A stretch of 53,581 nucleotides of DNA. It comes from Candidatus Micrarchaeia archaeon (GTDB taxonomy: Archaea > Micrarchaeota > Micrarchaeia > Burarchaeales > Fermentimicrarchaeaceae). Both the position numbers and the translations under genes were made by a program. The notes under the pieces were generated by a model that did no database searches, was not told the origin of the DNA, and was given only the letters and a program-made list of their open reading frames with translations. Of this stretch, positions 10,049 to 19,805 are shown in pieces. The stretch covers positions 1 to 53,581 of the forward strand of contig JAVZHX010000005.1 in the NCBI GenBank assembly GCA_038871515.1, written 5' to 3'. Numbering within the stretch: position 1 is the stretch's first letter; each line of letters starts with the position of its first letter.

Positions 10049-10738
10049 TTATATCCCTGTTTTCTTCCTCAGGTTTCTGATAATTTCCTTCGCATCCTCC
10101 TGTCCTCCCAACCCAAACGCCAAGCCAAACGCAAAGGCTATTCCATAGACAATTCCCTGCACTAGCTGGACGAAGGAATTTGTGACTATCGCTGTGTCAA
10201 ACCCAATTGTGCTCAGCCCAACCATTATTGCCATGAACACAATAACTGCCTTTGTTGCACTTGCCAGCCATCTCACTGTTTTTGATTTGTTTTCTATCTC
10301 TATTATCTTCTCCTTCAAAAGCTCCCCAAGCACAGCTGCTGCAACTATCAGGAGAAGCGCGCCTATAACCACTGGGGTATACATCAACAGGGAGTAGATG
10401 AATTGGGTTATTGTGCCCAGATTAATCATTGCAACCGCTGCCTGAAGGAAGATGAGCATTATGTAGTACTTCGTGAGCTTTGCAAGCACGTTGGTTATCC
10501 TCACCTTGCCAAGCGAGTCATCAAGCTTGTGGCTCTTCAAAAACTTCTCAACTTTCAGGTATTCAAAAACTCTCTCCACAACCCAGCAGGCAAGAGACGC
10601 AAGCACCCATCCCACAACAAAAACGAGTATTGCCAGAAGAAACTTGGGGATGAATACTATTAAATCTATGATAATTTTCTCTATGCTGTTGCGCACTGCG
10701 CTGTCCAGGTTGAACACAGCCTCATCCACCGCACCCAT
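10049..10738 (-). CDS. TM-helix repeat membrane protein (CmpX/MscS TM-like)
   Basis: Two P..l.A.l...vGw repeats and C-terminal AFGLAFGLGG motif. Confidence 0.75.
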   Translation of the reverse strand: MGAVDEAVFNLDSAVRNSIEKIIIDLIVFIPKFLLAILVFVVGWVLASLACWVVERVFEYLKVEKFLKSHKLDDSLGKVRITNVLAKLTKYYIMLIFLQAAVAMINLGTITQFIYSLLMYTPVVIGALLLIVAAAVLGELLKEKIIEIENKSKTVRWLASATKAVIVFMAIMVGLSTIGFDTAIVTNSFVQLVQGIVYGIAFAFGLAFGLGGQEDAKEIIRNLRKKTGI

Positions 10739-10806
10739 CCAACCACCTCTTTTTTAAATTTAAAATACCTATACACAAGCGTATTTAAAAATAATTCGGT
10801 GGTGAA

Positions 10807-11295
10807 TTGGAGGAGGAGCCTTGGTGGAAGAAAGCCGCGCAGGGTGTTATGGAGAGTGTGAAGGATAAACTTGTTAAAAAGGAGCCCATTATTGAACCAA
10901 ACTTCGGAAAGCCCTACCCCGAAGTGCTGAATGCAGTTGTTGAAAGCTTTAGAGGAGAGGTGCTCCATATTTCAGAGCTTGGAAGGTTCAGAAGCGAGAA
11001 CGCTGAGCTGTGCTGCTACGCGGTTGTATTCAGAGAGAGGTGTGAGCTTGAAGGGATGGAGGCTATCAACCCGCTGTTTGCTGTTTTTTCAGGTGGCAAA
11101 CCGCAGTTTGCCTTGCGCTTGGAAAGTAAATATGTCCAAAAAGAGAGGATGGGAAGCGCAATCGTTTCTGAGCTAAATTTCCTCTCGTCAATCTATCTTT
11201 TGTATAAAGAATTTGCGTCTACAAAACCATGGCTGAAATACGATAGCTATGGGTTTGAGGAGTTTAAATTAACAAAGCTGAAGCAAAAAAAGTAG
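10807..11295 (+). CDS. Hypothetical protein
   Basis: 162-aa ORF, TTG start after SD GGTGGTGA; no recognisable motif. Confidence 0.6.
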   Translation: MEEEPWWKKAAQGVMESVKDKLVKKEPIIEPNFGKPYPEVLNAVVESFRGEVLHISELGRFRSENAELCCYAVVFRERCELEGMEAINPLFAVFSGGKPQFALRLESKYVQKERMGSAIVSELNFLSSIYLLYKEFASTKPWLKYDSYGFEEFKLTKLKQKK

Positions 11296-11364
11296 GAAGT
11301 ATGTTTTTGTAAAGTGCATGTTTTTATACTCAATTTGACATAATTTTAACTGGGTGGTGAAAGG

Positions 11365-11931
11365 ATGGTTAATGGCTCTACCCTGGAGGCTCTAAAATAT
11401 TTAGTCAGCGTGAATGCTGAAAGCTGGTTTGTGAAAAAACTCTGGGAGGAGCTGGGAGAGGAGTATGTGCTTCACGAAAGCAACTCATTAGATGATTTGA
11501 TGCAGCGCGTTGCATCAGATTTTAAAGTGGGAAAAAGAACGGGTTTGATAATTTATGTAAACTGCAAAAAGGAATTTCAAAGTGAAGCAAAACCAGTTGT
11601 AAAGGTTCTGCCGAGCAATATACAGGAAGTATCTGAAGTTTGTAGAGATTCCGCGTGGGTGAGGAGGTTTTCTGAAAGGGAGGAGAGAAGAATTTTTGAG
11701 TTTCTTGAGAATGCAGCGGAAAAAACAATCTCGGTTGATGAAGTAGTGAGAGAGATAATTGCTGGGGAAGGAGAGCTGAAAGATAGATTGAGGAAGCTTA
11801 TGGAGAAGATAAATTTGAACACGTTTATTCTATCCGTTGAGATTCCGGGGAGCGAAGCAGATGTTGAGAGGTGCGCATCTTTAATACGCAAAATACATAA
11901 ACATCTCTCAGCCAGGCAACTCTCACAGTGA
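11365..11931 (+). CDS. Hypothetical protein
   Basis: 188-aa ORF, SD GGTGGTGA upstream; no recognisable motif. Confidence 0.65.
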   Translation: MVNGSTLEALKYLVSVNAESWFVKKLWEELGEEYVLHESNSLDDLMQRVASDFKVGKRTGLIIYVNCKKEFQSEAKPVVKVLPSNIQEVSEVCRDSAWVRRFSEREERRIFEFLENAAEKTISVDEVVREIIAGEGELKDRLRKLMEKINLNTFILSVEIPGSEADVERCASLIRKIHKHLSARQLSQ

Positions 11932-12072
11932 AACAAGCCAGCCGTCAGCATCAAGCTTGAATTTATGGGACGGGTTGCGGGGGCAGGTGTATTCACCTGT
12001 CTTCTCATCAAAATGCAGCCTGACGCTTACTGAGCTTTCCATATTGCATTTTGGGCATATTTTATACGCCAA
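11923..12072 (-). CDS. Small zinc-finger protein, 49 aa (not in ORF track)
   Basis: TTG start after GGTGGGA; MAYKICPKCNMESSVSVRLHFDEKTGEYTCPRNPSHKFKLDADGWLVSL with CxxC...CxxxxxH; TTTATATA box upstream on the minus strand. Confidence 0.65.
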   Translation of the reverse strand: MAYKICPKCNMESSVSVRLHFDEKTGEYTCPRNPSHKFKLDADGWLVSL

Positions 12073-12125
12073 ATTCCCACCAAAGTTTCTTTTGGTTCAA
12101 CTTATATAAATAAATTCCTAAAAAA

Positions 12126-12229
12126 CGCCGGGGATGGGATTTTTGGGCAACCGAAGTTTGAACCCATACTGCCCGGAAAGGGCAACCAGATCTCGAGTCT
12201 GGCGCGTTGCCAGATTCCGCCACCCCGGC
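12126..12229 (-). tRNA. tRNA-Ser(CGA) with 17-nt non-canonical T-loop intron (56/57; 12143-12159)
   Basis: Acceptor GCCGGGG/CCCCGGC with G discriminator, anticodon arm CCAGA-CTCGAGA-TCTGG, long variable arm TGCCC/GGGCA, T stem ATGGG/CCCAT enclosing 24 nt; removing 17 nt restores TTCAAAT. Confidence 0.9.
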
Positions 12230-12233
12230 ATAA

Positions 12234-14039
12234 CTATATTATGTGTTTTGCTGAAATTATGAAGGAAGCGAGGCTCCATGTTTGATAGTGAGGACAGATA
12301 CACGCTTTGCTGTTTCCAGAGTAAACCTCACTCACCCCTCCCCAATTTCTATTCAGAATAACTTTCACCAATGGCTCCACGTATGTTTTGTACGCAACCT
12401 CTTTATTTCCATTTCGCACCTCTGCTTTAACTGCAAGGTAGTTCAACCATGGCCACTGAGCCCCCCTGTGGTAGCTCTGATCGCCAGTGAACTCATCAAA
12501 GTAATCCACCTCTCCTGGGGAAAGGGAGCGTATACCTACGCCTGCAAGGTGCTCCCTCACAATCTCAAGTATGCTTCTCTCAAGCTCAGGCTCAACAACT
12601 CCGCAGTCAACTGCGATAAGCTGATTAGGTGTTAGTTTGTTAACTCTCTCCCCATTGAAGTTTATCAAATCGGCAAGCATGAACGCTTTTTCAACTCCCG
12701 CAATTGTGTGCTTAACCTTGAATTTTTGGAATGATTTCAAAGCATGCTCGTATAAATGAACAAGCTTGTTTGCAAACTCCCCTTGGAAAAGTTTTGAGTA
12801 AAGCAGGCAGTTCTTTATGAAAAGCGCCTGAACCTCAACTGGAAAGCCCTCCCGAGGAGTGAACTTTGTATCCATCCATGACTCAAACGCATTGCTCCTG
12901 ATAAAACCATCTATTGTTAAATACTCCCTTTCCATTCCCTCAAAGAACTTTCTCACAACTTTCTGCTTCGCCTTGAAGAAATCATAATCGCCAGTCAGCT
13001 GAACATACTCCGCAAGCCTTCTCAAAAGCCAAAGAGTGCAGTCGCTTGAGTTGTATTGAAGCGGTTCAATTTTATTTGGAAGCCTTCCGTCACCCCTTTG
13101 CTTCCCCTCATCAACCCAGTAGTTCAATATTTTTTTTGCAGTGTCAAAAAGCCCAAGCTCAAAGAAAGCTTCCAAAGAGATTGCAGTATCCCTTCCCCAC
13201 CCCTCATCCCCAGCAAACCATCTGTCTCCAGAAGCTGGTAGAACAGAATCATGCTGAAGAGTGAGAAGCTGGTAAACGGCAAGTCGATATGCTTTTTTCA
13301 GCTCACTGCTCCCACCTTCAAGCCTGTGCCTTTCAAACATTGAGGAAACTGCGCTCTGCTTCTCAAGCTTAAGCTCAAGATAGTAATTCTTTATGTTTGC
13401 GAAGTTTGATACTGCCTCCTCCTTGCTTTCTCCAAACCCAATGAAAAGCTGCTTTGTCTCAAACTTCGCAGGAGCATAAACCCATCTCTCATTCGTATCC
13501 TTCCTTTTAAAATCCTCTGGGTAGAATTTATACCTATACTCCTCGTCCTTCCGCGCCTTTCCTCCTCCAGCAACTGCGTAGAGAGGACCGCTCACAATAA
13601 TTGCATCATCAAGCAAATTTGACTCATACGGCCCTCCTTTTTCAGAATACCTGTGGCGTATGTCAAACTCAGGTTGAATTACAACTGGCTTCTGAGTTGT
13701 GTATTTTATGCTTATGGAGAAGGAGTTATTTGGGATAAAAACTTCTTCAACAACCTCTGAGTCATCAACTATAAATTTTCTCGTGATTGTTGTTAAATCT
13801 GTTTCAAAGGAAACCTGGTTTTCAGGTGAAAGGAGTGATGAAGCAACGTAAGTATTCCACCCCTCAAGAACTTTGAAAGTTTTCAGAAAAGCCCCATGCC
13901 ACTTTGATGGGTTTTGAATCTCCTTCTCCTTATGCCTCTCATTCCTGCACTGCTTCGCCGGGATGAGGAGGAACATTCCACCGCAATTGCTCATAAGGAA
14001 ATCTATCTCCTCCGCAGGCTCGCGGGTGAGCACCTCCAT
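12234..14039 (-). CDS. Amylo-alpha-1,6-glucosidase (glycogen debranching enzyme, GH133-like)
   Basis: WGRDTAISL, GRLPN, YNSSDCTLW, SWMDT...PREGFPVEVQAL, YHRGAQWPWL, QTWS. Confidence 0.88.
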   Translation of the reverse strand: MEVLTREPAEEIDFLMSNCGGMFLLIPAKQCRNERHKEKEIQNPSKWHGAFLKTFKVLEGWNTYVASSLLSPENQVSFETDLTTITRKFIVDDSEVVEEVFIPNNSFSISIKYTTQKPVVIQPEFDIRHRYSEKGGPYESNLLDDAIIVSGPLYAVAGGGKARKDEEYRYKFYPEDFKRKDTNERWVYAPAKFETKQLFIGFGESKEEAVSNFANIKNYYLELKLEKQSAVSSMFERHRLEGGSSELKKAYRLAVYQLLTLQHDSVLPASGDRWFAGDEGWGRDTAISLEAFFELGLFDTAKKILNYWVDEGKQRGDGRLPNKIEPLQYNSSDCTLWLLRRLAEYVQLTGDYDFFKAKQKVVRKFFEGMEREYLTIDGFIRSNAFESWMDTKFTPREGFPVEVQALFIKNCLLYSKLFQGEFANKLVHLYEHALKSFQKFKVKHTIAGVEKAFMLADLINFNGERVNKLTPNQLIAVDCGVVEPELERSILEIVREHLAGVGIRSLSPGEVDYFDEFTGDQSYHRGAQWPWLNYLAVKAEVRNGNKEVAYKTYVEPLVKVILNRNWGGVSEVYSGNSKACICPHYQTWSLASFIISAKHII

Positions 14040-14081
14040 ACAAGTAGGTTTATATATTATTGTTAATTTAAAAAAGTTGGT

Positions 14082-14750
14082 ATGGAACCCTTAATTGTGC
14101 TCAACCTTAAAACATATCATGAGTCAATTGGAGAGAGAGGAGTTGCGCTGTGCAGAATTGCGGATGAGGTTGCAGAGGAGACGGGCGCTTCCATAATTGT
14201 TGCTCCACAGAATACTGACCTTTTCAGAATTGCAAAGGAAGTTGCAATACCTGTTTTTGCTCAGCATATTGATGCAAATGAAGCAGGTGCGTTTACTGGG
14301 AGCATCACAGCAGAAGCTGTTAAGGAGGCTGGTTGCAAGGGAAGCCTGCTTAACCACTCCGAGAGAAAAATAGAATTTGAAAAAATACAAATTGCAATAC
14401 AAATTGCAAGAAAGGTTGGAATTGAGTTATTGCTCTGTGCTGACTCCATTGATGAAGCAAAGAGAATTGCACCGCTGAAACCAGATTATATAGCAGTTGA
14501 GCCACCTGAGTTAATAGGTTCGGGCATCTCTGTTTCAAAAGCAAAACCGGAAGTTGTGAGCGGTGCTGTTGAGGAGGTTAAAAAAATAGCTGAGATACCT
14601 GTTCTATGCGGTGCTGGCATATCAGATGGAGAGGATGTTCAGAAAGCCATTCAGCTTGGGGCGGATGGAGTGCTTCTCGCATCTGCGTTTGTCAAAGCAA
14701 AGGATCCAAGAGCAGTTCTCCTTGATATGGCTAACCACCTAAGGGTTTGA
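14082..14750 (+). CDS. tpiA: Archaeal triosephosphate isomerase
   Basis: NLKTY, NHSE, AVEPPELIG, LCGAGI, GVLLASA. Confidence 0.96.
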   Translation: MEPLIVLNLKTYHESIGERGVALCRIADEVAEETGASIIVAPQNTDLFRIAKEVAIPVFAQHIDANEAGAFTGSITAEAVKEAGCKGSLLNHSERKIEFEKIQIAIQIARKVGIELLLCADSIDEAKRIAPLKPDYIAVEPPELIGSGISVSKAKPEVVSGAVEEVKKIAEIPVLCGAGISDGEDVQKAIQLGADGVLLASAFVKAKDPRAVLLDMANHLRV

Positions 14751-16074
14751 AGCTCTTTATCGCATCATCAAACTCCTTTGAATGTCTTTCAAATGACTGT
14801 TCAGCAGTGGTTGCACTTATCTTATAACCAACTCCATTGTGAACAAGGAAAACCTCTCTTGTTTTTAATGGAATTCCCATTGATGTATAAGTATAATCAA
14901 TCTGCTTTGCATTCAACCCATTTATCACCACATCTCCCTCGCTGATTTTTGAGTAGTTCTGCAGAAGCAGTTCAAAACCAGTTTTCCCCTTTTCAAAATA
15001 CACCTCTGTTGTTTCACCTGGTTCAACGCTTTCTGAAATAATTGTTATCTGATTTGTGAAGTTGTTCTCCCTTGAACCGTAGATGAAAACCTGTCCTTGC
15101 ACTGGTGCTTGACCGATGAACCAGTTTAGAGGTGGAACAACTGAGAATTTACCGGATGGTTCAACGTAAGGCTCGCCTGCTTTTGGGGATGGAGTGTCAA
15201 GAAGCCTGAAATCATCAACTTCAATTGAATTTCTGTTGGATGCATCAACAACCCTAATTGTTGCAGTTTTTCCAATATAATTGGATACATTCCAGGTAAT
15301 TCTTTGGAAAGGTGGGTAAGGGTTGTCTGGTTCGAGATGGTAAACAACTGTTTTGTTAACAATTAGCTCAACGTATATTTGCGCTGAGCGTTCCCCAACT
15401 ACGAGAAACTCAAGGTATTTTTTATTTATGAAAAATGGTTCAGATGTTATGTTCCCCATAGCTCTCTTATCCATATTGGGCAGGTAGCTTGAAGCAAAGT
15501 ACGCACCGCTGTATCCCGAGTAGGGTTTGTTAAGATACAAACCCTGGGTATTCGCAACAGCACCTTCAGAAGGAGCCGAACCAAATGCTATTCCTGAGAC
15601 GTTCCAACCAACATACCCTTCCTCAAAATCGCCATTCTTTATCCCACTGCTTGGTGGCTCGGAGTTGCACTGAATTGTTCCTGGTATACAACCATACCTG
15701 CAATGCTCAGGGCACATTGCACTTCTGCATACATCAGTACCTGGCTCGCATCCAAATGGGCATGTGGCAGGACATCTTGGAGCCACCCTGCAACTGCTGT
15801 TCTCGCATCCAAATGGACAGACGTTTTTTCTGTAAATACATTCGCCTGTTTCTGGGTTGCACTGTCCATTTGTGTTCAGAATGTTCTCATCCTCACACCT
15901 ATCCGGACAGGTAACATTTTCACATGGGTTTGCTGGGGGAGGAGCACATGTTATGTTATCAGCTAAGCATCCATACGTGCAGTTTGAAGGGCACAGGTTA
16001 ACATTGCCGCCTCCACCATTGGTGCAGCCAAAAATAAGCAACGCAGCAAACAGCACAACAACCCAAGCTTTCAT
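14731..16074 (-). CDS. Cys-rich lipoprotein with carbohydrate-binding-like beta domain and C-terminal PsbP/DcrB-like domain
   Basis: LLIFGC lipobox; CPxxCxxGC repeats; IKNGDFEEG..GW domain start; FSVVPPLNW...INGLNA...FDDAIKSFK. Confidence 0.7.
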   Translation of the reverse strand: MKAWVVVLFAALLIFGCTNGGGGNVNLCPSNCTYGCLADNITCAPPPANPCENVTCPDRCEDENILNTNGQCNPETGECIYRKNVCPFGCENSSCRVAPRCPATCPFGCEPGTDVCRSAMCPEHCRYGCIPGTIQCNSEPPSSGIKNGDFEEGYVGWNVSGIAFGSAPSEGAVANTQGLYLNKPYSGYSGAYFASSYLPNMDKRAMGNITSEPFFINKKYLEFLVVGERSAQIYVELIVNKTVVYHLEPDNPYPPFQRITWNVSNYIGKTATIRVVDASNRNSIEVDDFRLLDTPSPKAGEPYVEPSGKFSVVPPLNWFIGQAPVQGQVFIYGSRENNFTNQITIISESVEPGETTEVYFEKGKTGFELLLQNYSKISEGDVVINGLNAKQIDYTYTSMGIPLKTREVFLVHNGVGYKISATTAEQSFERHSKEFDDAIKSFKPLGG

Positions 16075-16082
16075 ACAACCAC

Positions 16083-17951
16083 CTACAATACGGGTCTATT
16101 ACTCAAACGACGTGCAAGGGAGAGCTTTTCAAATGGCTTTCCCTTTAACTTGCTTCTCAGAATAACCAAAAGCTCCTCCATGGTGAGCATCTTTCTCTCA
16201 CCGCTCTCCCTTATTCTCACGCTGAACTTCTTCTGCTCCATTTCCTTATCCCCAACAACAATGATATACGGAACCCACTCCTTTTCAGCTTCCCTTATTT
16301 TTTTCTCAAGTGTTTCAGCTCTGTCATCTACATCGCATCTCACTCCTTCTAGTTCAAGCTGCTCAGCTATCTCTTCTGCATACTTCACGTGCTTATCAGT
16401 AATTGGCATCACTCTAACCTGAGTTGGGGAGAGCCAGACGGGAAGCATTGGGGTTTTTTTGTTTGCGATTTTCTTTGCCTCCTTCTCAAGCAGTGCATAT
16501 ATCACCCTCTCAATGCTTCCACTTATAGATGTATGCAGTATGAGAAACCTCTCCTTTCTCCCTTCCTTGCTTGTGTAACTCAAATCATATGTTTCAGAGT
16601 TTTCAACGTCAATCTGAACTGTTGAAAGTGCAGATGCTTTGTTTGCCGAGTCAACAAAATTGAACTCAAATTTAGTTATGAAGTAGGCATACCGTATGTC
16701 AAATAACTCAATCAGAACAGGTTTTCCAACCTCTCTTATCATTTTCATATACCACTCCTTATTTTCATTGAAAAACTCCTTTTGCGCTCGGAAGCATGTC
16801 TCAAAATCCAAATCCAGCATCTTCATCCATTCATAGCATTTTCTATACTGGTTGGAAAACTCCTGCTTTGCCTGCTCCATACTGCCACAGAGAGTGTGCA
16901 TATCCGGCATTGTGAATGCTCTCAATCTCTTCAAGCCAGCCAGCTCTCCTGACTGTTCCCTTCTGAAGCTGTATCGCGTGAGCTCAAACATTTTCAAAGG
17001 CAAATCCTTGTATGAGATAACCATATCGTGAGTTAAGAGGAACTGCCCAAAGCACGCAGCAAACCTCAGGAAGAACTCCTTATCATCAGATTTAACAGAA
17101 TACTGCCTTGCCGGAAACCTGTTCATGTATTTTTTCAAAGCAGGATGCTGGTAGTCATACATTATTGGGGTTTCAACCTCCATCGCACCATAGGAAACAC
17201 AGAAATCAGTTATTGCTTTCTCAAGCAGCTTCTTTATCAACCTTCCCTTCGGTGGCCAGCGGAAGTTGCCCGCATCGCTTCCTGGCTCATACTGTGCGAT
17301 TCCATGCTCCTTCATTATTTTTATGTGCGGCGGTTCTACATCGTAAGCACGAACTTTTTCTGTTTCATATTTAACAAAACTCCTGAATTCAGGCATGCCT
17401 GTGTAATCAAACTTATCCGGCGGTATTAACTCCCCTTCAGTTGTTAGTATGAAGAACTCTCTCTTCACTTTCTCCTCAAGCTTCAAAGATTCAGAAACCT
17501 GCTCCTCCTTTTTAACTGGTTTCCTTTCAAGCTCTCCTACTTTTATCTCTCTTGACAACTCGCTGAGAGGATGCCCCTTGCATTTTATTGTGAATTGTTT
17601 ATAATACCCAAATGGAGCTCTTACAACTTCATACTTACTCTTAAGCTTGCTTTCAACATCCCTCAAAATTGAAAGAGCAGCTTCCGGTGAAGAAGGATTT
17701 GAGGTTAGATGCACCCAAGGATAAACCACAATTCTTGTTGCAGACACCTTGCCAGCAACGTCTGCTATTTCTGAAACTGCTTTCTCAGCAACTGCAGTTG
17801 GATTATCTTCATCTTCCTTCTCCACTGAAATAAAAACAACTAAGCAATCCTCCACCCTTTTTTCAACTGGCTCTGTTTCCTCTGCTTTCGGAATTGCTTT
17901 CTGCAGAGGTTTGTATGAGATGAAATCCGAGTGAATTGTCAGCAGTCTCAT
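16083..17951 (-). CDS. thrS: Threonine--tRNA ligase (archaeal type with N-terminal editing domain)
   Basis: MRLLTIHSD, VYPWVHL, KGHPLSELS, LRFAACFGQF, FRREQSGEL, FTMPDMH, anticodon-binding C-terminus. Confidence 0.97.
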   Translation of the reverse strand: MRLLTIHSDFISYKPLQKAIPKAEETEPVEKRVEDCLVVFISVEKEDEDNPTAVAEKAVSEIADVAGKVSATRIVVYPWVHLTSNPSSPEAALSILRDVESKLKSKYEVVRAPFGYYKQFTIKCKGHPLSELSREIKVGELERKPVKKEEQVSESLKLEEKVKREFFILTTEGELIPPDKFDYTGMPEFRSFVKYETEKVRAYDVEPPHIKIMKEHGIAQYEPGSDAGNFRWPPKGRLIKKLLEKAITDFCVSYGAMEVETPIMYDYQHPALKKYMNRFPARQYSVKSDDKEFFLRFAACFGQFLLTHDMVISYKDLPLKMFELTRYSFRREQSGELAGLKRLRAFTMPDMHTLCGSMEQAKQEFSNQYRKCYEWMKMLDLDFETCFRAQKEFFNENKEWYMKMIREVGKPVLIELFDIRYAYFITKFEFNFVDSANKASALSTVQIDVENSETYDLSYTSKEGRKERFLILHTSISGSIERVIYALLEKEAKKIANKKTPMLPVWLSPTQVRVMPITDKHVKYAEEIAEQLELEGVRCDVDDRAETLEKKIREAEKEWVPYIIVVGDKEMEQKKFSVRIRESGERKMLTMEELLVILRSKLKGKPFEKLSLARRLSNRPVL

Positions 17952-18042
17952 ATCTATCCAGTAAGCATTTGTTTATTCAGATTATAAAACTTTAGGTTAT
18001 TATTTAATATACCAGAGAATAAAATTAGATGGGGGTGAATGT

Positions 18043-18549
18043 TTGTTCAAGGAATTCTTTGGCTCGGAGAGCGTTGAGGTGGTTAAAGGAGTGAGGATAG
18101 CAATTGAGCTGGAGAAGGAGAGCATAAAGTATTATAACGAAAAATCCAAAAAAATGGAAAGCAAGGATGCAGCGAAGCTTCTTAAGTTTATAGAAAAGGA
18201 AGAGATGAATCACCTGAAACAGCTTGAGCTTTTGAAGGAGAGTCTTTTAAAGAAAAAGGCATGGCTGAGCGCCGATAAACTTGGCAAACCCGCTGGACCT
18301 GCATTGTATAAAGAGGGGAAGACACCGGCTGTAAAGGGAGATTCTCTTGACGTAGGAATTCTCCTTGGCGCAGCAAGAGCTGAGAGGGAGGCTAAGGAGT
18401 TCTATGAGAAATTTGCAGAGAAAATAAAAGATGAAGAGGGAAGAAGGTTTTTCATGAGGCTTGCTGAGTTCGAGCAGAGCCACTATGAATTATTTGATGG
18501 AATTCTCCAAGCATCAGAAGTGAAGGTTGAGGGGGGAGATTTAATTTAG
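18043..18549 (+). CDS. Ferritin/rubrerythrin-like diiron protein
   Basis: Two AI..E...FY...EExxH-type repeats (EEMNH, FEQSH). Confidence 0.85.
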   Translation: MFKEFFGSESVEVVKGVRIAIELEKESIKYYNEKSKKMESKDAAKLLKFIEKEEMNHLKQLELLKESLLKKKAWLSADKLGKPAGPALYKEGKTPAVKGDSLDVGILLGAARAEREAKEFYEKFAEKIKDEEGRRFFMRLAEFEQSHYELFDGILQASEVKVEGGDLI

Positions 18550-18559
18550 GTGATGCAGT

Positions 18560-18907
18560 ATGTCAATAGAAGTAAAAGTTAAGAAAAACGACCCGAAGCT
18601 TTTTGAGGAAGTTGCGAGGAGCGTGAGAGCTGCGGTGAATAAGTACGGAGAGGATGTGGAAGTGAGGGAGAGACAACCAATCAAGCTAAGCAGTGAGGAG
18701 AAGGAGCTGTTGCTTGCTTTGAGAAATTTGCGGGATAAAGGGATTCATCCAGATATTTTTGGAGTGATGACTCATATGGGCACAGACCCTCAAAAACTAG
18801 CATTTGCAGTTCAGGAATGCAAGAAAAAGGAGTTAATAGTTGAGGAGTCTGGCATTTTTAAGCTGACTGAACTTGGAGAAAGCGAGTTAAGTAAATTAAA
18901 AAAATAA
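18560..18907 (+). CDS. Hypothetical protein with probable C-terminal winged helix
   Basis: LSSEEKELLLAL...ELIVEE...FKLTELG pattern; SD GGTGA. Confidence 0.6.
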   Translation: MSIEVKVKKNDPKLFEEVARSVRAAVNKYGEDVEVRERQPIKLSSEEKELLLALRNLRDKGIHPDIFGVMTHMGTDPQKLAFAVQECKKKELIVEESGIFKLTELGESELSKLKK

Positions 18908-18910
18908 AAC

Positions 18911-19804
18911 TCACATGGAGCGCAGTATTTCTATTCTCTTATCAATTGGCGGGTGAGTTGCGAACATTGAATCCAGAGCGCTTTTTGTTGGGTCAACAAA
19001 GAATAAATGGGAAACTGCTTCGCTTACAGGCATCTTTCCAGTGTTTATATTCTTTATTTTCTCCAATGCGCTTGCCAAACCCTCTGGGTATCTCGTCAGC
19101 TCAGCTGAACCTGCATCTGCTAGATACTCCCTCCTCCTTGAAATCATTGCCTGCACAAGACGTGTGAAAAGAGGTGCAAGCAAAGCGAGTAGAAAACCGG
19201 CAACTATGATTAAGCCTGCACCTCCTCTTCTGCTGTCCCTTCCTCTCACTCCAAACCTGTAGCTTCTTAAGAGGAGGTGGCTCATTATCGCAATTATACC
19301 AACCAGAACTGCAACAAGAGTTGCAAACCGTATATCGTAATTTTTTATGTGCGCCATCTCGTGCCCAATCACTCCCTCAAGCTCCTTTCTATTCAAATTT
19401 TCCAACAAACCTGTTGTAACCGCAATAGATGCATGCTGAGGATCCTTGCCGGTTGCAAATGCATTCATCTCAGGTGAGTCAATCACATACACTTTTGGAG
19501 TGGGTATTCCAGCAGCTATTGCCAAACCCTCAACAGTATTTATCAGGTAGATATGCTCCTTTTCATCAGCAGGCATTGCGTTGACGCTTCTCAAAACAAT
19601 TTTATCCCCGTAGTTGTATGAAACGTAGATGTGCAGGAGGGTGATTATTGAAGCAAAGAGGAGAAAGAGAAAGCTTATTTCAGGAGCATAGAGCTCGCCA
19701 ATTATGTAAGCAAATAAAATGAGAAAAACAAAAACACCTAGCATAAGCAGTATGGAATCTCTTCTGTTTCTCTCAATCTGGTCGTAGAAACTGATTTTCT
19801 CCAT
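18911..19804 (-). CDS. htpX: HtpX-like M48 zinc metalloprotease
   Basis: NAFATG, GVIGHEMAH, SRRREYLAD, THPP; downstream of lemA. Confidence 0.92.
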   Translation of the reverse strand: MEKISFYDQIERNRRDSILLMLGVFVFLILFAYIIGELYAPEISFLFLLFASIITLLHIYVSYNYGDKIVLRSVNAMPADEKEHIYLINTVEGLAIAAGIPTPKVYVIDSPEMNAFATGKDPQHASIAVTTGLLENLNRKELEGVIGHEMAHIKNYDIRFATLVAVLVGIIAIMSHLLLRSYRFGVRGRDSRRGGAGLIIVAGFLLALLAPLFTRLVQAMISRRREYLADAGSAELTRYPEGLASALEKIKNINTGKMPVSEAVSHLFFVDPTKSALDSMFATHPPIDKRIEILRSM

Positions 19805-19805
19805 C

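Noticed and set aside
12126..12229. tRNA pseudogene disrupted by an insertion
   Set aside because: All stems are intact, and the 17-nt insert forms a bulge-helix-bulge whose predicted cuts restore the exact T loop.
7089..12520. tRNA-targeted integrated element bounded by att repeats
   Set aside because: Only short chance-level matches to the tRNA 3' ends were seen (e.g. CTCCTGGGG near 12512); there is no integrase and the flanking genes are housekeeping.
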